Shown piece after piece: positions 7,870 to 17,320 of a stretch of DNA of 64,000 nt. Numbering within the stretch: position 1 is the stretch's first letter; the number at the start of each line of letters is the position of its first letter. The position numbers were made by a program, and so were the translations under genes. Origin of the DNA: Vicinamibacterales bacterium (lineage in GTDB: Bacteria > Acidobacteriota > Vicinamibacteria > Vicinamibacterales > JAMQPK01); the NCBI GenBank assembly GCA_035281225.1, contig DATEEI010000123.1:99631-163630 (forward strand), in the 5' to 3' direction. The notes below the pieces were generated by a model. It ran no database searches, was not told where the DNA came from, and saw only the letters and a list, made by a program, of their open reading frames with translations.

Positions 7870-8935
7870 GGGTCAATGGAGTGGCTGCCAGAGCGAAAAA
7901 CTGCTCAATGATGTCGCGGGCTTGATTGATGGAGCCGGCCGAGTTTATGGCTGTCCGCAGCTGCCCGCCGTTGTGGAGGCCCTTCGAGTACCACGACATC
8001 AGCGCGCGGAGTTTATTGACCACCCAGCGCTCGTGACGGCTATGGTCCACGGCTCCAGGACTGTGCCTGAAACCCTCAGCTTCGTTCTCCCCTTCACTCA
8101 GCAGCAGTGCTATGTAATCCAGCAGGAACCGTCCTCGATCCTGAAGCGTCACGTCACGCATCGGGCGCCCCGCGGTCAAATCCGCGGCTTGCGCCAGGAT
8201 CCACGGATTGCGCAGGACGCCGCGTCCCACCAAAACGCCGCTGACGCCGGTCGCCATCCGTTCGACGATCTGATCGGGTTCGATGCAGTCCCCCGAGCCG
8301 AGTACCGGGATGCTGACGGATCCGGCAACCCGATCGATCAGCTCCCAGTCCGACTGGCCAGAATAAGACTGCACGGCCGTGCGGCCGTGCACGGCAACGG
8401 CGGCGGCACCGGCGTCTTCCACGCGCTTCGCAAGATCAGGCGCGTTGATCGATTCGTCGTTCCACCCCGCGCGCATTTTCACTGTGACCGGAATTTTGAC
8501 TCGCCTGGTCATCGCCGCAATCACGTTTGCGGCATGCTGCGGCTCGCGCATGAGGCTGCATCCGGCGTTGTGTTTTGCAATCTTCGGTACCGGGCAGCCC
8601 ATATTGACGTCGACGATGTTCGCGCCAAGGCTCTCGACAATTTGCGCGGCGTCCGCCATTTTCTGAGGGTCGCCGCCGAAAATCTGGATCGAAACCGGCC
8701 GTTCCTCTTCCGTGTACTCCGCAAACTCGAGCGTGCGATCGATGCCGCGCACGAGGCCCTCCGAGCTCACCATCTCTGTCACAACCAGTCCGCATCCGCC
8801 GTGACGCTTGACGAGCCTACGAAATGCAGAATCTGTCATGCCTGCCATGGGCGCCACGATGAAGGGCGAAGACAAAGCCTGACCCCCGATTTGTAATCCG
8901 AGAGTCTTGGGAGGACAGGTCAGGTTTTGACTCAC
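7856..8935 (-). CDS. dus: tRNA-dihydrouridine synthase
   Basis: PFIVAPMAGMTDSAFRRL, NMGCPVPKI and HGRT motifs. The ORF extends to 9055, but a GTG at 8935 just upstream of the conserved N-terminus is more plausible. The start is uncertain. Confidence 0.85.
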   Translation of the reverse strand: MSQNLTCPPKTLGLQIGGQALSSPFIVAPMAGMTDSAFRRLVKRHGGCGLVVTEMVSSEGLVRGIDRTLEFAEYTEEERPVSIQIFGGDPQKMADAAQIVESLGANIVDVNMGCPVPKIAKHNAGCSLMREPQHAANVIAAMTRRVKIPVTVKMRAGWNDESINAPDLAKRVEDAGAAAVAVHGRTAVQSYSGQSDWELIDRVAGSVSIPVLGSGDCIEPDQIVERMATGVSGVLVGRGVLRNPWILAQAADLTAGRPMRDVTLQDRGRFLLDYIALLLSEGENEAEGFRHSPGAVDHSRHERWVVNKLRALMSWYSKGLHNGGQLRTAINSAGSINQARDIIEQFFALAATPLTHVGL

Positions 8936-9127
8936 CAACTCAGTATATGCGGCCCATGGCTTCGCCACGCCCGAGCTCGCGCAGTCGCCGGAGCGGCGCT
9001 CCAGCGTGTTCCAAAATGGCACCAACCGTGGGCTTGACCAAGGGCTAAACCCCAATGAACAGATGCATTTCCGGGGGCAAATGCCACTTGTGGGAAGAGG
9101 AATTCAGCCCTCAAGTTTCTAGCTGAA

Positions 9128-10570
9128 ATGCCGATATATCAGAAAGTTATCCAAATCATGCGGGATACACGCGTCGACCTGACGCTCGCAAGCGGTGGCC
9201 GGTCTTCCTACTTGACCTACGAGCCTTACTACGGCCTGAGAGAAAAGCCGTTCAGTCTGTCCGCCGATCCGAGGTTTTTCTATAAGAGCCGGACGCACGC
9301 GCCGACCTTTGATGAGCTGCGTGCCGGAATCCGCCGCCGCGAAGGACTCATCGTCTTGACCGGCGACATCGGCACCGGGAAAACCACCCTCTGCAGGTCG
9401 GTGCTCCAGGCGCTCGATCGCAAGACCTTCTGCACGATGGTTCCCGACCCCTTCGTTTCGCGCGAAGATCTCTTGACGATGCTGCTCATCGACTTCGGTG
9501 TCATGTCGATCGACGAGCTCAAGAGCGGCCGGTTCAAGGGAGCGGCGCGACCGGAGTTGAGCTATCCGCTGTACGAATTTCTCCGATCTCTCGTCCCCTT
9601 GCAGGCATTTGCCGTCTTGATTATCGACGAAGCGCAGAATCTCCCTGCGCCGCTGCTTGAGGAGATTCGCATCCTGTCGGACCTTGAAGGACCGGAGAAG
9701 CTGCTCCAGGTCGTGCTTGTCGGCCAGCTCGAGCTCCGTGAAAAGCTGAAAGGACCGGCGATGCGGCAGGTTGATCAGCGCGTCTCCGTGCGCTGCTCCT
9801 TGGAAGCGCTCAGTCGAGACGCCGTCGCCAGCTACGTCGAGCATCGCCTGACCGTCGCTGGCGGAGGCACCGATCGCGTCGACTTCACCGGCGCGGCGAT
9901 TGACGTACTCTGCGATGCATCGGGCGGAAACCCCCGTCTCATCAATCTCATCGCTGACCGCGCTCTGCACCGCGGTCACCTGGAACGAACCTGGTTGATC
10001 ACGCCCGCAGTGGTCGCAGCGGCAGTCAACGATCTCGAATTGGGGAATCCGGCGTTGGCCGCGCACGTAGCCTCAGCGGTGAGCTTGCCGGACTTCCCGA
10101 TGACAGAGGCACCGGCAACTGTTGCGTCGATCGCGCAGCCTTCGACGCCGATGGTGTCGCCACTTGCGACCCCGTCACCGCTTGCGGCCCCTCTGAAGCC
10201 CAGCGCGGAAGCTGCCGTTCCCGTGGAAGCCAGCGGACCAGCTGTCGAAGACCTTAGTAGTGAGTTGAGTAGGATCGGCGATACGCTGCATCTCTTGGCG
10301 GAACACAGGCCGGCCCCATTCACGCCGCCCCCATTTCCTGACAGGCGGCGCTGGTATAAGCGTCTCCGTCGTGTGGGCGTTGCTGCGGCCATGATCGCTC
10401 TGTTCATGGCGGGGAGGGTGGTTCTGGTAGAGTGGCGCTCACAGGCGCAGGAGCTTGCTCAACCGCTTTCGATGCCGAGCCTTCCGCAGTCACAGCCGAT
10501 GCGAGTAGGCGCCGGAGCGGCGCCGGTAGTTCCTCCGGCAGATTTCTCTGCCCCCATCGTCTCGCAGTAG
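9128..10570 (+). CDS. ExeA/GspA-like AAA ATPase with a Pro/Ala-rich linker and a C-terminal transmembrane segment
   Basis: YGLREKPFSLSADPRFFY is an ExeA-type N-terminus. Walker A GDIGTGKTT and Walker B LIIDEAQ are present. TM segment VGVAAAMIALFMAGRVVLV. The start may instead be the ATG at 9158. Confidence 0.75.
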   Translation: MPIYQKVIQIMRDTRVDLTLASGGRSSYLTYEPYYGLREKPFSLSADPRFFYKSRTHAPTFDELRAGIRRREGLIVLTGDIGTGKTTLCRSVLQALDRKTFCTMVPDPFVSREDLLTMLLIDFGVMSIDELKSGRFKGAARPELSYPLYEFLRSLVPLQAFAVLIIDEAQNLPAPLLEEIRILSDLEGPEKLLQVVLVGQLELREKLKGPAMRQVDQRVSVRCSLEALSRDAVASYVEHRLTVAGGGTDRVDFTGAAIDVLCDASGGNPRLINLIADRALHRGHLERTWLITPAVVAAAVNDLELGNPALAAHVASAVSLPDFPMTEAPATVASIAQPSTPMVSPLATPSPLAAPLKPSAEAAVPVEASGPAVEDLSSELSRIGDTLHLLAEHRPAPFTPPPFPDRRRWYKRLRRVGVAAAMIALFMAGRVVLVEWRSQAQELAQPLSMPSLPQSQPMRVGAGAAPVVPPADFSAPIVSQ

Positions 10571-10589
10571 CCGCCCTTCAGGGGGGTTC

Positions 10590-11588
10590 TTACTCAGCTA
10601 CCATGATCCGGCGGGCCAGCTCACCGAGGCGTGTTCCATCCGCCGAGGTGTACATGGGAGCCATTGCGGCTGCGAAGGCCTCCCGATCCACGTGATGAAC
10701 CGTCACGCCCGCACCTTTCATGGTTTTCAGTGCTTCCTCGGTTCTTTCGCGCCAGAGTTTGCGCTGGTAAGGCACGGACTCAGCGGCGGCCTGGTCTATC
10801 CAACGTCGCACCTGCGGATCGAGTCGATCCCAGACCTTCTTGCTGATCAGCACGATGTCGGGCACTCGCGTGTGCTCATCGAGTGAATAGTGCCTGGCCA
10901 GCTCATAGTGCCGGCTGGTGAACAGGCTCGGAGCATTGTTCTCCGCGCCGTCCACTTCCTTTTTGCGCAGGGCTTCGTGCAGATCGCCGTACGGAATAGC
11001 CGTGGGCGTACCTCCAAGGGTGAGGACCATCTGCTGCGAGGTCTTGCCCGGCAGGACACGCAGTTTCATTCCACGGACGTCCGCCGGCCTGAGAATCGGC
11101 TTTCCCAATGTGTAGAAGCTACGGCTGCCGGAATCGTAGTAGGAAAGGCCATGTAGACCGTGGGTCTCAGCACTCCCGAGGATTTCTTTGCCGATATCAC
11201 CGAGCAACACATTCCAATAATGCTTCTCGTCGCGGAAGACAAAGGGCATCCCGAAGACGGCCATTTCCGGGACGACCTCCTCGAGTGCCGCGGCGGATGT
11301 CTTCACGATGTCCAGCGTTCCGCGCCTGGTCTGCTCGATTAATTCGGGCTCCGTGCCGAGCTTCGCATCCCCGACGACCTGTATTTTCACCGTTCCGGCC
11401 GACAGTTGAGAGACGCGCTGCGCCAAGTATTCCAGCGTCGGATGCACAGGGTGCGACGCGGGCAGAACGTGCCCTATCCTGAGCACGGTTTTCGCGCCTT
11501 CCTGGGCATGCGAAGCCGGGGTCATCGATGCCAGCCCGCAGCCGACGATCACAGCGAGTGTGAGCAGGGAGACGGATTTCGTATTCAT
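10590..11588 (-). CDS. TRAP-transporter-type (DctP family) periplasmic solute-binding protein; no DctQ/DctM nearby
   Basis: Signal/lipobox IVGC. LRIGHVLPASHPVHPTLEYLAQRV...GTLDIV...FGMPFVFRDEKHYW is DctP-like. It lies 38 nt downstream of cheB on the same strand. Confidence 0.85.
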   Translation of the reverse strand: MNTKSVSLLTLAVIVGCGLASMTPASHAQEGAKTVLRIGHVLPASHPVHPTLEYLAQRVSQLSAGTVKIQVVGDAKLGTEPELIEQTRRGTLDIVKTSAAALEEVVPEMAVFGMPFVFRDEKHYWNVLLGDIGKEILGSAETHGLHGLSYYDSGSRSFYTLGKPILRPADVRGMKLRVLPGKTSQQMVLTLGGTPTAIPYGDLHEALRKKEVDGAENNAPSLFTSRHYELARHYSLDEHTRVPDIVLISKKVWDRLDPQVRRWIDQAAAESVPYQRKLWRERTEEALKTMKGAGVTVHHVDREAFAAAMAPMYTSADGTRLGELARRIMVAE

Positions 11589-11626
11589 CGTTCGCTTCCT
11601 CCACCGATCAGTATCGAAAATTCACC

Positions 11627-12703
11627 TTAGGTGCGCGCGTTCATTTCCTTCGGGCGATTGTGCAAACGACTGAGACACTCGATCATCATGCCAGGAATCT
11701 GTTGGAGGGGCAGCACGTGCTTGGCGCCACCACGCCGCACGGCTTCGCGCGGCATGCCAAACACCACGCACGACTGTTCGTCCTCCGCGATGGTCTGGTG
11801 GCCGGCCTGGTAGAGCTCGACGAGGCCGTCGGCTCCGTCGCTCCCCATACCGGTCAGCAGGATGCCGACCACCGGCACTCCTCGCAGGCTGGCCAGCGAG
11901 CGAAAGAGGACATCCACCGAGGGCCGATGCTGATTGACCGGTGCCCCGCGGCGTACAGCCGCGAGCAAGCGCCCGCCCTGCTGTTCGACCGTCAGGTGAT
12001 AGTCGCCCGGTGCAACATAGGCAATGCTGCGCACCAGCTCCTGCCGGTCGGCCGCTTCGACGACTCTCATGCCGCACGTCTCGCTCAGCCGTTTTGCGAA
12101 CAATCGCGTAAAGTCGGCCGGCATGTGCTGCGTGATCACGATCGGGGGCATGTCAGCGGGAAGCCGTGAGAGCAGGTCCTCGATTGCCTGCGGTCCTCCA
12201 GTAGACGCGCCTATCGCAATAATCGCGTTCAGCGGGAAATCGGTTGCGGCCACGATCCTGGCACCATGGTCGGTCGCCGGCCGGGGCCGCAATGGCCATC
12301 TGCCGAGCTCGCGAATCCGTTGGCGCAGCCTGGTCTCAAACGGCGCGATCGCCGCCGGGTTCAGCGGCTTGGGAATCACGTCGAGTGCTCCGGCGCGGAG
12401 CGCTTCAATGCCCGCCGCAGAGCCATGGGGCGTGTGAGAGCTGACGATGACCACCGGCAGCGGCTGATGTTTCATCAGGTGCCGCAGAAAGGTGATTCCG
12501 TCCATCTGGGGCATCTCGACATCCAGGGTGACGACATCAGGGCGGTGCTTGGCGATCAGCGATCGTGCTGTAAAGGGATCGGCCGCCTCGGCAACCACTT
12601 GAATTTCCGGATCGCCCCGCAGGGCAGCCGACAGCAGCCGTCGCGTGACGGCCGAGTCGTCGACAATGAGCACTCGCCTCGGGGCCGGTGTCACGTGACT
12701 CAA
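11627..12703 (-). CDS. cheB: Chemotaxis response regulator protein-glutamate methylesterase
   Basis: REC domain (VLIVDDS ... VTLDVEMPQMDG) plus a methylesterase domain (IAIGASTGGP ... GMGSDGA ... VVFGMP). The TTG start overlaps the cheX stop (TTGA). Confidence 0.9.
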   Translation of the reverse strand: MSHVTPAPRRVLIVDDSAVTRRLLSAALRGDPEIQVVAEAADPFTARSLIAKHRPDVVTLDVEMPQMDGITFLRHLMKHQPLPVVIVSSHTPHGSAAGIEALRAGALDVIPKPLNPAAIAPFETRLRQRIRELGRWPLRPRPATDHGARIVAATDFPLNAIIAIGASTGGPQAIEDLLSRLPADMPPIVITQHMPADFTRLFAKRLSETCGMRVVEAADRQELVRSIAYVAPGDYHLTVEQQGGRLLAAVRRGAPVNQHRPSVDVLFRSLASLRGVPVVGILLTGMGSDGADGLVELYQAGHQTIAEDEQSCVVFGMPREAVRRGGAKHVLPLQQIPGMMIECLSRLHNRPKEMNART

Positions 12704-13263
12704 CCAGCCATCGGCCGAAACCGCAGGCGCACCGGCAGATCGTTCACCGCCATCGCATGACCCTGGCCGTCGGCCCAGTTGGAATCAGTGAGAGGACTCC
12801 AGTCGCTCACCATGCGGGTCACGGCGGGCGGCCGCAAGTTAAACGCGGTTCGCTGGGACATATTCGTCAGCCAGGCGCCGCAGATCATGTTGGCGAATTC
12901 GCCGAGGCCGTCGAACACCTGGTGCTCGGCGAAGTCCGAATCGGCGGGCTCTCCCAGCAGCGACGCGATCAACGTGCGTGCGAGGCGCTCAGGAAGGATG
13001 ACCTCAATCGCACCCGAGAACGTCCCTGTAAAGCTCACCGACGATTTCAGCCACTCCGAAGGGGACGCCCGCTGGGCGGTGTAACCGCCGCTCTCCTGAA
13101 CCGCTCTTGCCGACCGGCTGCACTCCTCGGCGAGCACCGCGAATCGATGAGCGTCGCACGCTTCGACGTACGCAAAGAACGAGTTCTCGCACACGTCGAT
13201 GAACGAGTCGCGAAGGGCCTCGCCGGCCTTAGCCGACTGGGCTGGTGATTTGGACAAGGACAT
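12700..13263 (-). CDS. cheX: CheX/CheC-family chemotaxis phosphatase
   Basis: DGLGEFAN fits the CheC/CheX/FliY active-site pattern D-x3-E-x2-N, with Pro about 20 residues later. Start taken at ATG 13263 (MSLSKS), overlapping the cheY 3' end by 35 nt. The start is uncertain. Confidence 0.65.
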   Translation of the reverse strand: MSLSKSPAQSAKAGEALRDSFIDVCENSFFAYVEACDAHRFAVLAEECSRSARAVQESGGYTAQRASPSEWLKSSVSFTGTFSGAIEVILPERLARTLIASLLGEPADSDFAEHQVFDGLGEFANMICGAWLTNMSQRTAFNLRPPAVTRMVSDWSPLTDSNWADGQGHAMAVNDLPVRLRFRPMAG

Positions 13264-13642
13264 CTCGCACCACCTCCGGTCGAAAGGGTTTTTCGACATA
13301 CAGGGAGACTCGCAGGTTTCGGGCCGCCTCCCGCCGCAGTTTGGATCCATCGGTCGACACGACGATTCTGAGGATGTCGTTCCACTCCTCGTGCTGCGCG
13401 ATCTCGCGAAGCAGCTCCTCTCCGTTCATCACCGGCATGTTGATGTCGGTAAAGATCGCTTGCACGCTTTTGGACTCGAGCACCTTCAGGGCCTCGCGCC
13501 CATTGCGGGCCTCATAAATGTTGTCGACCGGCACCTCCGTCAGCGACACGACCCGGCGAATGACCATTCTCATCGTGGTCGAATCGTCGACGATCAGTAT
13601 GCTGAGCGGCCGCGATGCCACAGCCGTGCTTTCCGGTTCCAT
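13229..13642 (-). CDS. cheY: CheY-like single-domain response regulator
   Basis: ILIVDDS, FTDINMPVMNG, VVSTDG and EKPF match the conserved receiver residues. The ATG at 13642 is preceded by GGAGG. Confidence 0.85.
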   Translation of the reverse strand: MEPESTAVASRPLSILIVDDSTTMRMVIRRVVSLTEVPVDNIYEARNGREALKVLESKSVQAIFTDINMPVMNGEELLREIAQHEEWNDILRIVVSTDGSKLRREAARNLRVSLYVEKPFRPEVVRDVLVQITSPVG

Positions 13643-13655
13643 ATCGCCTCCCACC

Positions 13656-14186
13656 TTACAGCTCAGCCACCACGGCTCCGTCTGTCTTAACGATCACTTT
13701 TCCGTCCCCTACGCTCATGGCAATGGTTCGCGCGGTCGTGCCGCCCACGAGCTCCCCGCCGGTCATGATGCCGTTCCGCCAGAGCACCGCTCTCGCTGCG
13801 AGCACGTTCCGCCGGCCCACGTCGAATACTCCGGCTCCGTCTCCCTCCGCTCGGCCGCCCGCCGCAAGCTCAGCGCCGCCCACCAGACGAACCGCGCAGC
13901 GCTTCTTGTCGGCTCCGAGCTCGTACGCCGCGCGAAAGAGCAGCGGAATCCCCGTATTCGCAAACACAGCCGGCTGTTCCCTGGCGCGCTCCTTGTTGAG
14001 CGCGGCGTCGGGCAACATGAAATGCAGCATGCCAGCCACTCGCGCCTTGGGCTCCCACAAACAGACGGCGATGCAGCTACCAAGCGCCACGGTCGTGATC
14101 ACATCGTCCGATCGATCTGAAACCACGAATTCGCCGATGCTGACGCGCAGAACGCGTCGCGCGGTCTGTCCTTCGTCTTCGGTCAC
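13656..14186 (-). CDS. cheD: Chemoreceptor glutamine deamidase CheD
   Basis: ITTVALGSCIAVCLWEP...AGMLHFMLP...GGAEL is CheD-like. The GTG start overlaps the cheR stop (GTGA at 14183-14186). Confidence 0.85.
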   Translation of the reverse strand: MTEDEGQTARRVLRVSIGEFVVSDRSDDVITTVALGSCIAVCLWEPKARVAGMLHFMLPDAALNKERAREQPAVFANTGIPLLFRAAYELGADKKRCAVRLVGGAELAAGGRAEGDGAGVFDVGRRNVLAARAVLWRNGIMTGGELVGGTTARTIAMSVGDGKVIVKTDGAVVAEL

Positions 14187-15061
14187 GCGAGTCCTCGCTG
14201 GTAAACGCCTCCGAAGCACCACTGAAAGCCGTGCTTCAATCCACTGAGGCTTTCCGAGTGGGAGACGAATAAATAGCCGTTGGGGGCGATCAGCCGCTCG
14301 AGCACGGTGACGACGCGCTGCCGCGCAGGGATGTCGAAGTACATCATCACGTTGCGACAGAAGATGAAATCGAACGCTTCGGTCATGCGATCGAGTTGCA
14401 TCAGATTCACGCGGCGGAAATCGATGAGGTCTCGCACCGAGCGCTTGACCCGCGCCAGCCCAGCTTCGTGGCCGATACCGCGCTCGAAGTACGCTCGGAG
14501 CAGGCCCGGCTCGACGGGCGCGACGCGCGCCACTGGGTACACGCCGGCACGAGCTGTCTCAAGAGCCTCGGTGCACAAGTCCGACGCCATCAGGCGGATG
14601 CGATCGTGCTGGACGGCCGGCACCCGTTCGAGGAGCGTGATCGCGATCGAATACGCTTCCTCACCCGTCGCGCAGGCCGCACTCCACGCGCGTATTGGCT
14701 TTGATGGACCCGCGACTACCAGTGGCGGAACGACGGTCTTCGACAAGATGTCGAAGTGCTGCGGCTCGCGAAAAAATCCTGTGTGGTTTGTCGTGAGGGC
14801 CTCGAGGAGCGACCGCATTTCCTTCCCCGACCGATCGCTCTCGACAGCCCGCAGGTAGTCGGTAAAGGTGGAAAAGCCGCCTTCCCGTAAACGCCTTTGC
14901 AGCCGGGCGACCACCATCGCTTCCTTCAGCTCGGGCCGCAGCGCGATCCCCGTATTGGCATACACCAGCCGGGTGATCCGCTCCATGTCGAGACGACTCA
15001 TCCTCGGACGGTTGAACCCGAAGAACGTGACGGCGTCGGATTTCTCCGCCTCCTGCACCAT
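14183..15061 (-). CDS. cheR: Chemotaxis protein methyltransferase CheR
   Basis: TTNHTGFFREPQHF, IRAWSAACATGEEAYS and IFCRNVMMYF motifs. The internal ATG at 15061 overlaps the cheW stop (ATGA). The upstream part of the 370-aa ORF is Arg-rich and non-protein-like. Confidence 0.9.
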   Translation of the reverse strand: MVQEAEKSDAVTFFGFNRPRMSRLDMERITRLVYANTGIALRPELKEAMVVARLQRRLREGGFSTFTDYLRAVESDRSGKEMRSLLEALTTNHTGFFREPQHFDILSKTVVPPLVVAGPSKPIRAWSAACATGEEAYSIAITLLERVPAVQHDRIRLMASDLCTEALETARAGVYPVARVAPVEPGLLRAYFERGIGHEAGLARVKRSVRDLIDFRRVNLMQLDRMTEAFDFIFCRNVMMYFDIPARQRVVTVLERLIAPNGYLFVSHSESLSGLKHGFQWCFGGVYQRGLA

Positions 15062-15570
15062 CACAAGCCGAGCCCCCCGTCGATGGTAGAGATGTGATCC
15101 AGATTGAGCAGAATCTTGACGCCGCCTTTCACTTTGGCCAGGCCTTCGACGTACGCCGACACGGTCCAGTTTCCAATTTCGGGGGGGTTTTCGAGCTCCT
15201 CGACTCCGATCGCCATCACGTCCGATACGCTGTCGACGAGAATGCCCATTGCGATCGTGTGGTCGCGTAGCGGAACGTCCACAACGATGATGCACGTGCG
15301 CCCGGTAGATTCCCCGGAAGGCAGGTTGAACCGCACCCGGAGATCGATAACGGGAATCACTTTGCCGCGCAGGTTGATCACGCCCTTAATCCAAGGGGCA
15401 ACTTGCGGCACGCCGGTGATGGGCGGGACCGTGATGATTTCGCGCACTCGGCGCACGGCCAACCCATATTCCTGCGACGCTAGGGCGAACGTCAGATATT
15501 TACCCGCTAGCGACGCCAGACGAGAGTCTGCGGCGGCACGCTGTGGCGTATCGGCGATGGCTGTAGTCAT
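15061..15570 (-). CDS. cheW: Chemotaxis coupling protein CheW
   Basis: YLTFALASQEYGLAVRRVREI...PWIKGVINLRGKVIPVIDLR is CheW-like. The ATG at 15570 is preceded by GGGAGGA. Confidence 0.9.
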   Translation of the reverse strand: MTTAIADTPQRAAADSRLASLAGKYLTFALASQEYGLAVRRVREIITVPPITGVPQVAPWIKGVINLRGKVIPVIDLRVRFNLPSGESTGRTCIIVVDVPLRDHTIAMGILVDSVSDVMAIGVEELENPPEIGNWTVSAYVEGLAKVKGGVKILLNLDHISTIDGGLGL

Positions 15571-15604
15571 CGAGTCCTCCCGTTTCGTCCATCCGTCGCG
15601 CAGC

Positions 15605-17311
15605 TCATGCGGCTCGCCCCGGACTTTCTTGCAGGCACAGACGTATGAGGCCGCCTGCATCCAGAATGAGGCCGATGCGCCCGTCTGCCAGAATCGCTCC
15701 TCCGGCAATGCCTTCGACGTTGTTGAACGGCTCGCCGAGCGCCTTGATGACGACGCTCTGCTTGCACACCAGCTCATCGACCATCAACGCGACCCGCCGT
15801 GCTGTGTCCTCGATTACGACGAGTGCGCCGCGCGTGGGATCGGTGACCCCGCCCGGGATGTTGAACAGGTCTGCAACCCGTACGATCGGCATCAGCTCGT
15901 TTCGAACCTCGACCATCCAGCGACCGCCGGGCATCGCGTGCAGTCGCTCGCGCGCGGGCCTCAGGGACTCACGAACCGAGAATGTCGCGAGCACGAAACG
16001 CTCGTCAGCAACCTTGAGCAGCAGCGCCTCAATCGTTGACAGGGTCAGCGGCAGCTTGAGAAGAAACGTCGTGCCGGCGCCGGGGCGGCTGCGGATCTCG
16101 ATCCGACCGCGGAGCGACTCGATGTTGCGGCGCACGACGTCCATGCCGACGCCGCGTCCGGAGAGCTCCGTCACTTCCTTGGCGGTTGAGAACCCGGCCG
16201 CGAAAATCAGCGACTGGATTTCGGCTTCTGATGGCCTGGCACCCGGCTCGATGAGTCCCGCGGCGATGCCGCGCTCGAGGAGGCGGTCCATATCGAGCCC
16301 GCGTCCATCGTCGGAGACACTGATGAGCACGTGGCCGCCTTCGTGTGCGGCCGAGAGCGTGAGCTGTCCGCGTGCCGGCTTGCCGGCGCGCGCGCGCGTG
16401 TCGGCATCCTCGATGCCATGGTCGACACTGTTGCGAAGCATGTGCAGGAGCGGATCGCCGATCTCCTCGACGACCTTCCGGTCGATTTCAGTGTCGTCGC
16501 CCAGAATCGTCAGGTCGACGGGCTTACCGGCCTTCTTGCTGAGATCTCGCACGAGCCGCTGCATTCGCTGAAAAGTCTGGCGAATCGGAACGAGGCGCAT
16601 GGCAATTGCGCCGGTATGCAGCTCGTTGGACAACCGCTGAAACTGCGCGAGGTTGCGATCGAGCCGTTCGTCGCCGCGCCCAAGTGCACGGGCGTTCTGG
16701 TAGAGCATCGACTGAACGATGACCAGCTCGCCCACAAGATCGATCAGGTTGTCCAGCTTGCGCGTATCGACCTTGATCGACGCCTGTCTGAGTCCGTTGC
16801 GTTCGAGGCGCTTGTCTACGGAGCCCTCGTCTGAATCGATCGGGGCCATGACACCGCTGGCGACTGCCGAGGGGTCGGTTTCCTGCTCGAGCAGCTGCTC
16901 GATCGCGGCCTTCAACACCGCCTGCCGGCTCGCGAGATCGCCGTCATCTGCGCAGGTGCCCGTCGCTTCCACTTCGCGCACCATCTGGAGCAACAGGTCT
17001 ACGACCGCCAGGATGATTTCAATGTCGACGCTGCGAATCTGGTAGTCCCCGTCGCGTACTCGGCCGAGCAGATCCTCCACGGCGTGGGACAGGTGTTCGA
17101 TGGTCGTCAGACCCAGCGCCCCGGCATTGCTCTTCAACGTGTGGAACAGTCGAAAGACGTCGTTCACGGCGGTGGAATCGCGCGCCGACTCCTCGAGCGC
17201 GAGCACGCTCGCCTCGATCGAGCCAAGGTGATCGAGGGCCTCCCCGACGAAAACGGCGGTCAGCTCCTTGTCATTCTCGAACACCGGCGCGCTCCGTGGG
17301 TCCATGCTCAC
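15605..17311 (-). CDS. cheA: Chemotaxis histidine kinase CheA (P1-P3-P4-P5; no obvious P2)
   Basis: Hpt motif FRLFHTLKSNAGALG. Dimerisation region IKVDTRKLDNLIDLVGELV. HATPase motifs (HMLRNSVDHGIE, DDGRGLD, GRGVGMDVV). C-terminal CheW-like domain. Confidence 0.92.
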   Translation of the reverse strand: MSMDPRSAPVFENDKELTAVFVGEALDHLGSIEASVLALEESARDSTAVNDVFRLFHTLKSNAGALGLTTIEHLSHAVEDLLGRVRDGDYQIRSVDIEIILAVVDLLLQMVREVEATGTCADDGDLASRQAVLKAAIEQLLEQETDPSAVASGVMAPIDSDEGSVDKRLERNGLRQASIKVDTRKLDNLIDLVGELVIVQSMLYQNARALGRGDERLDRNLAQFQRLSNELHTGAIAMRLVPIRQTFQRMQRLVRDLSKKAGKPVDLTILGDDTEIDRKVVEEIGDPLLHMLRNSVDHGIEDADTRARAGKPARGQLTLSAAHEGGHVLISVSDDGRGLDMDRLLERGIAAGLIEPGARPSEAEIQSLIFAAGFSTAKEVTELSGRGVGMDVVRRNIESLRGRIEIRSRPGAGTTFLLKLPLTLSTIEALLLKVADERFVLATFSVRESLRPARERLHAMPGGRWMVEVRNELMPIVRVADLFNIPGGVTDPTRGALVVIEDTARRVALMVDELVCKQSVVIKALGEPFNNVEGIAGGAILADGRIGLILDAGGLIRLCLQESPGRAA

Positions 17312-17320
17312 GGTTCAATC

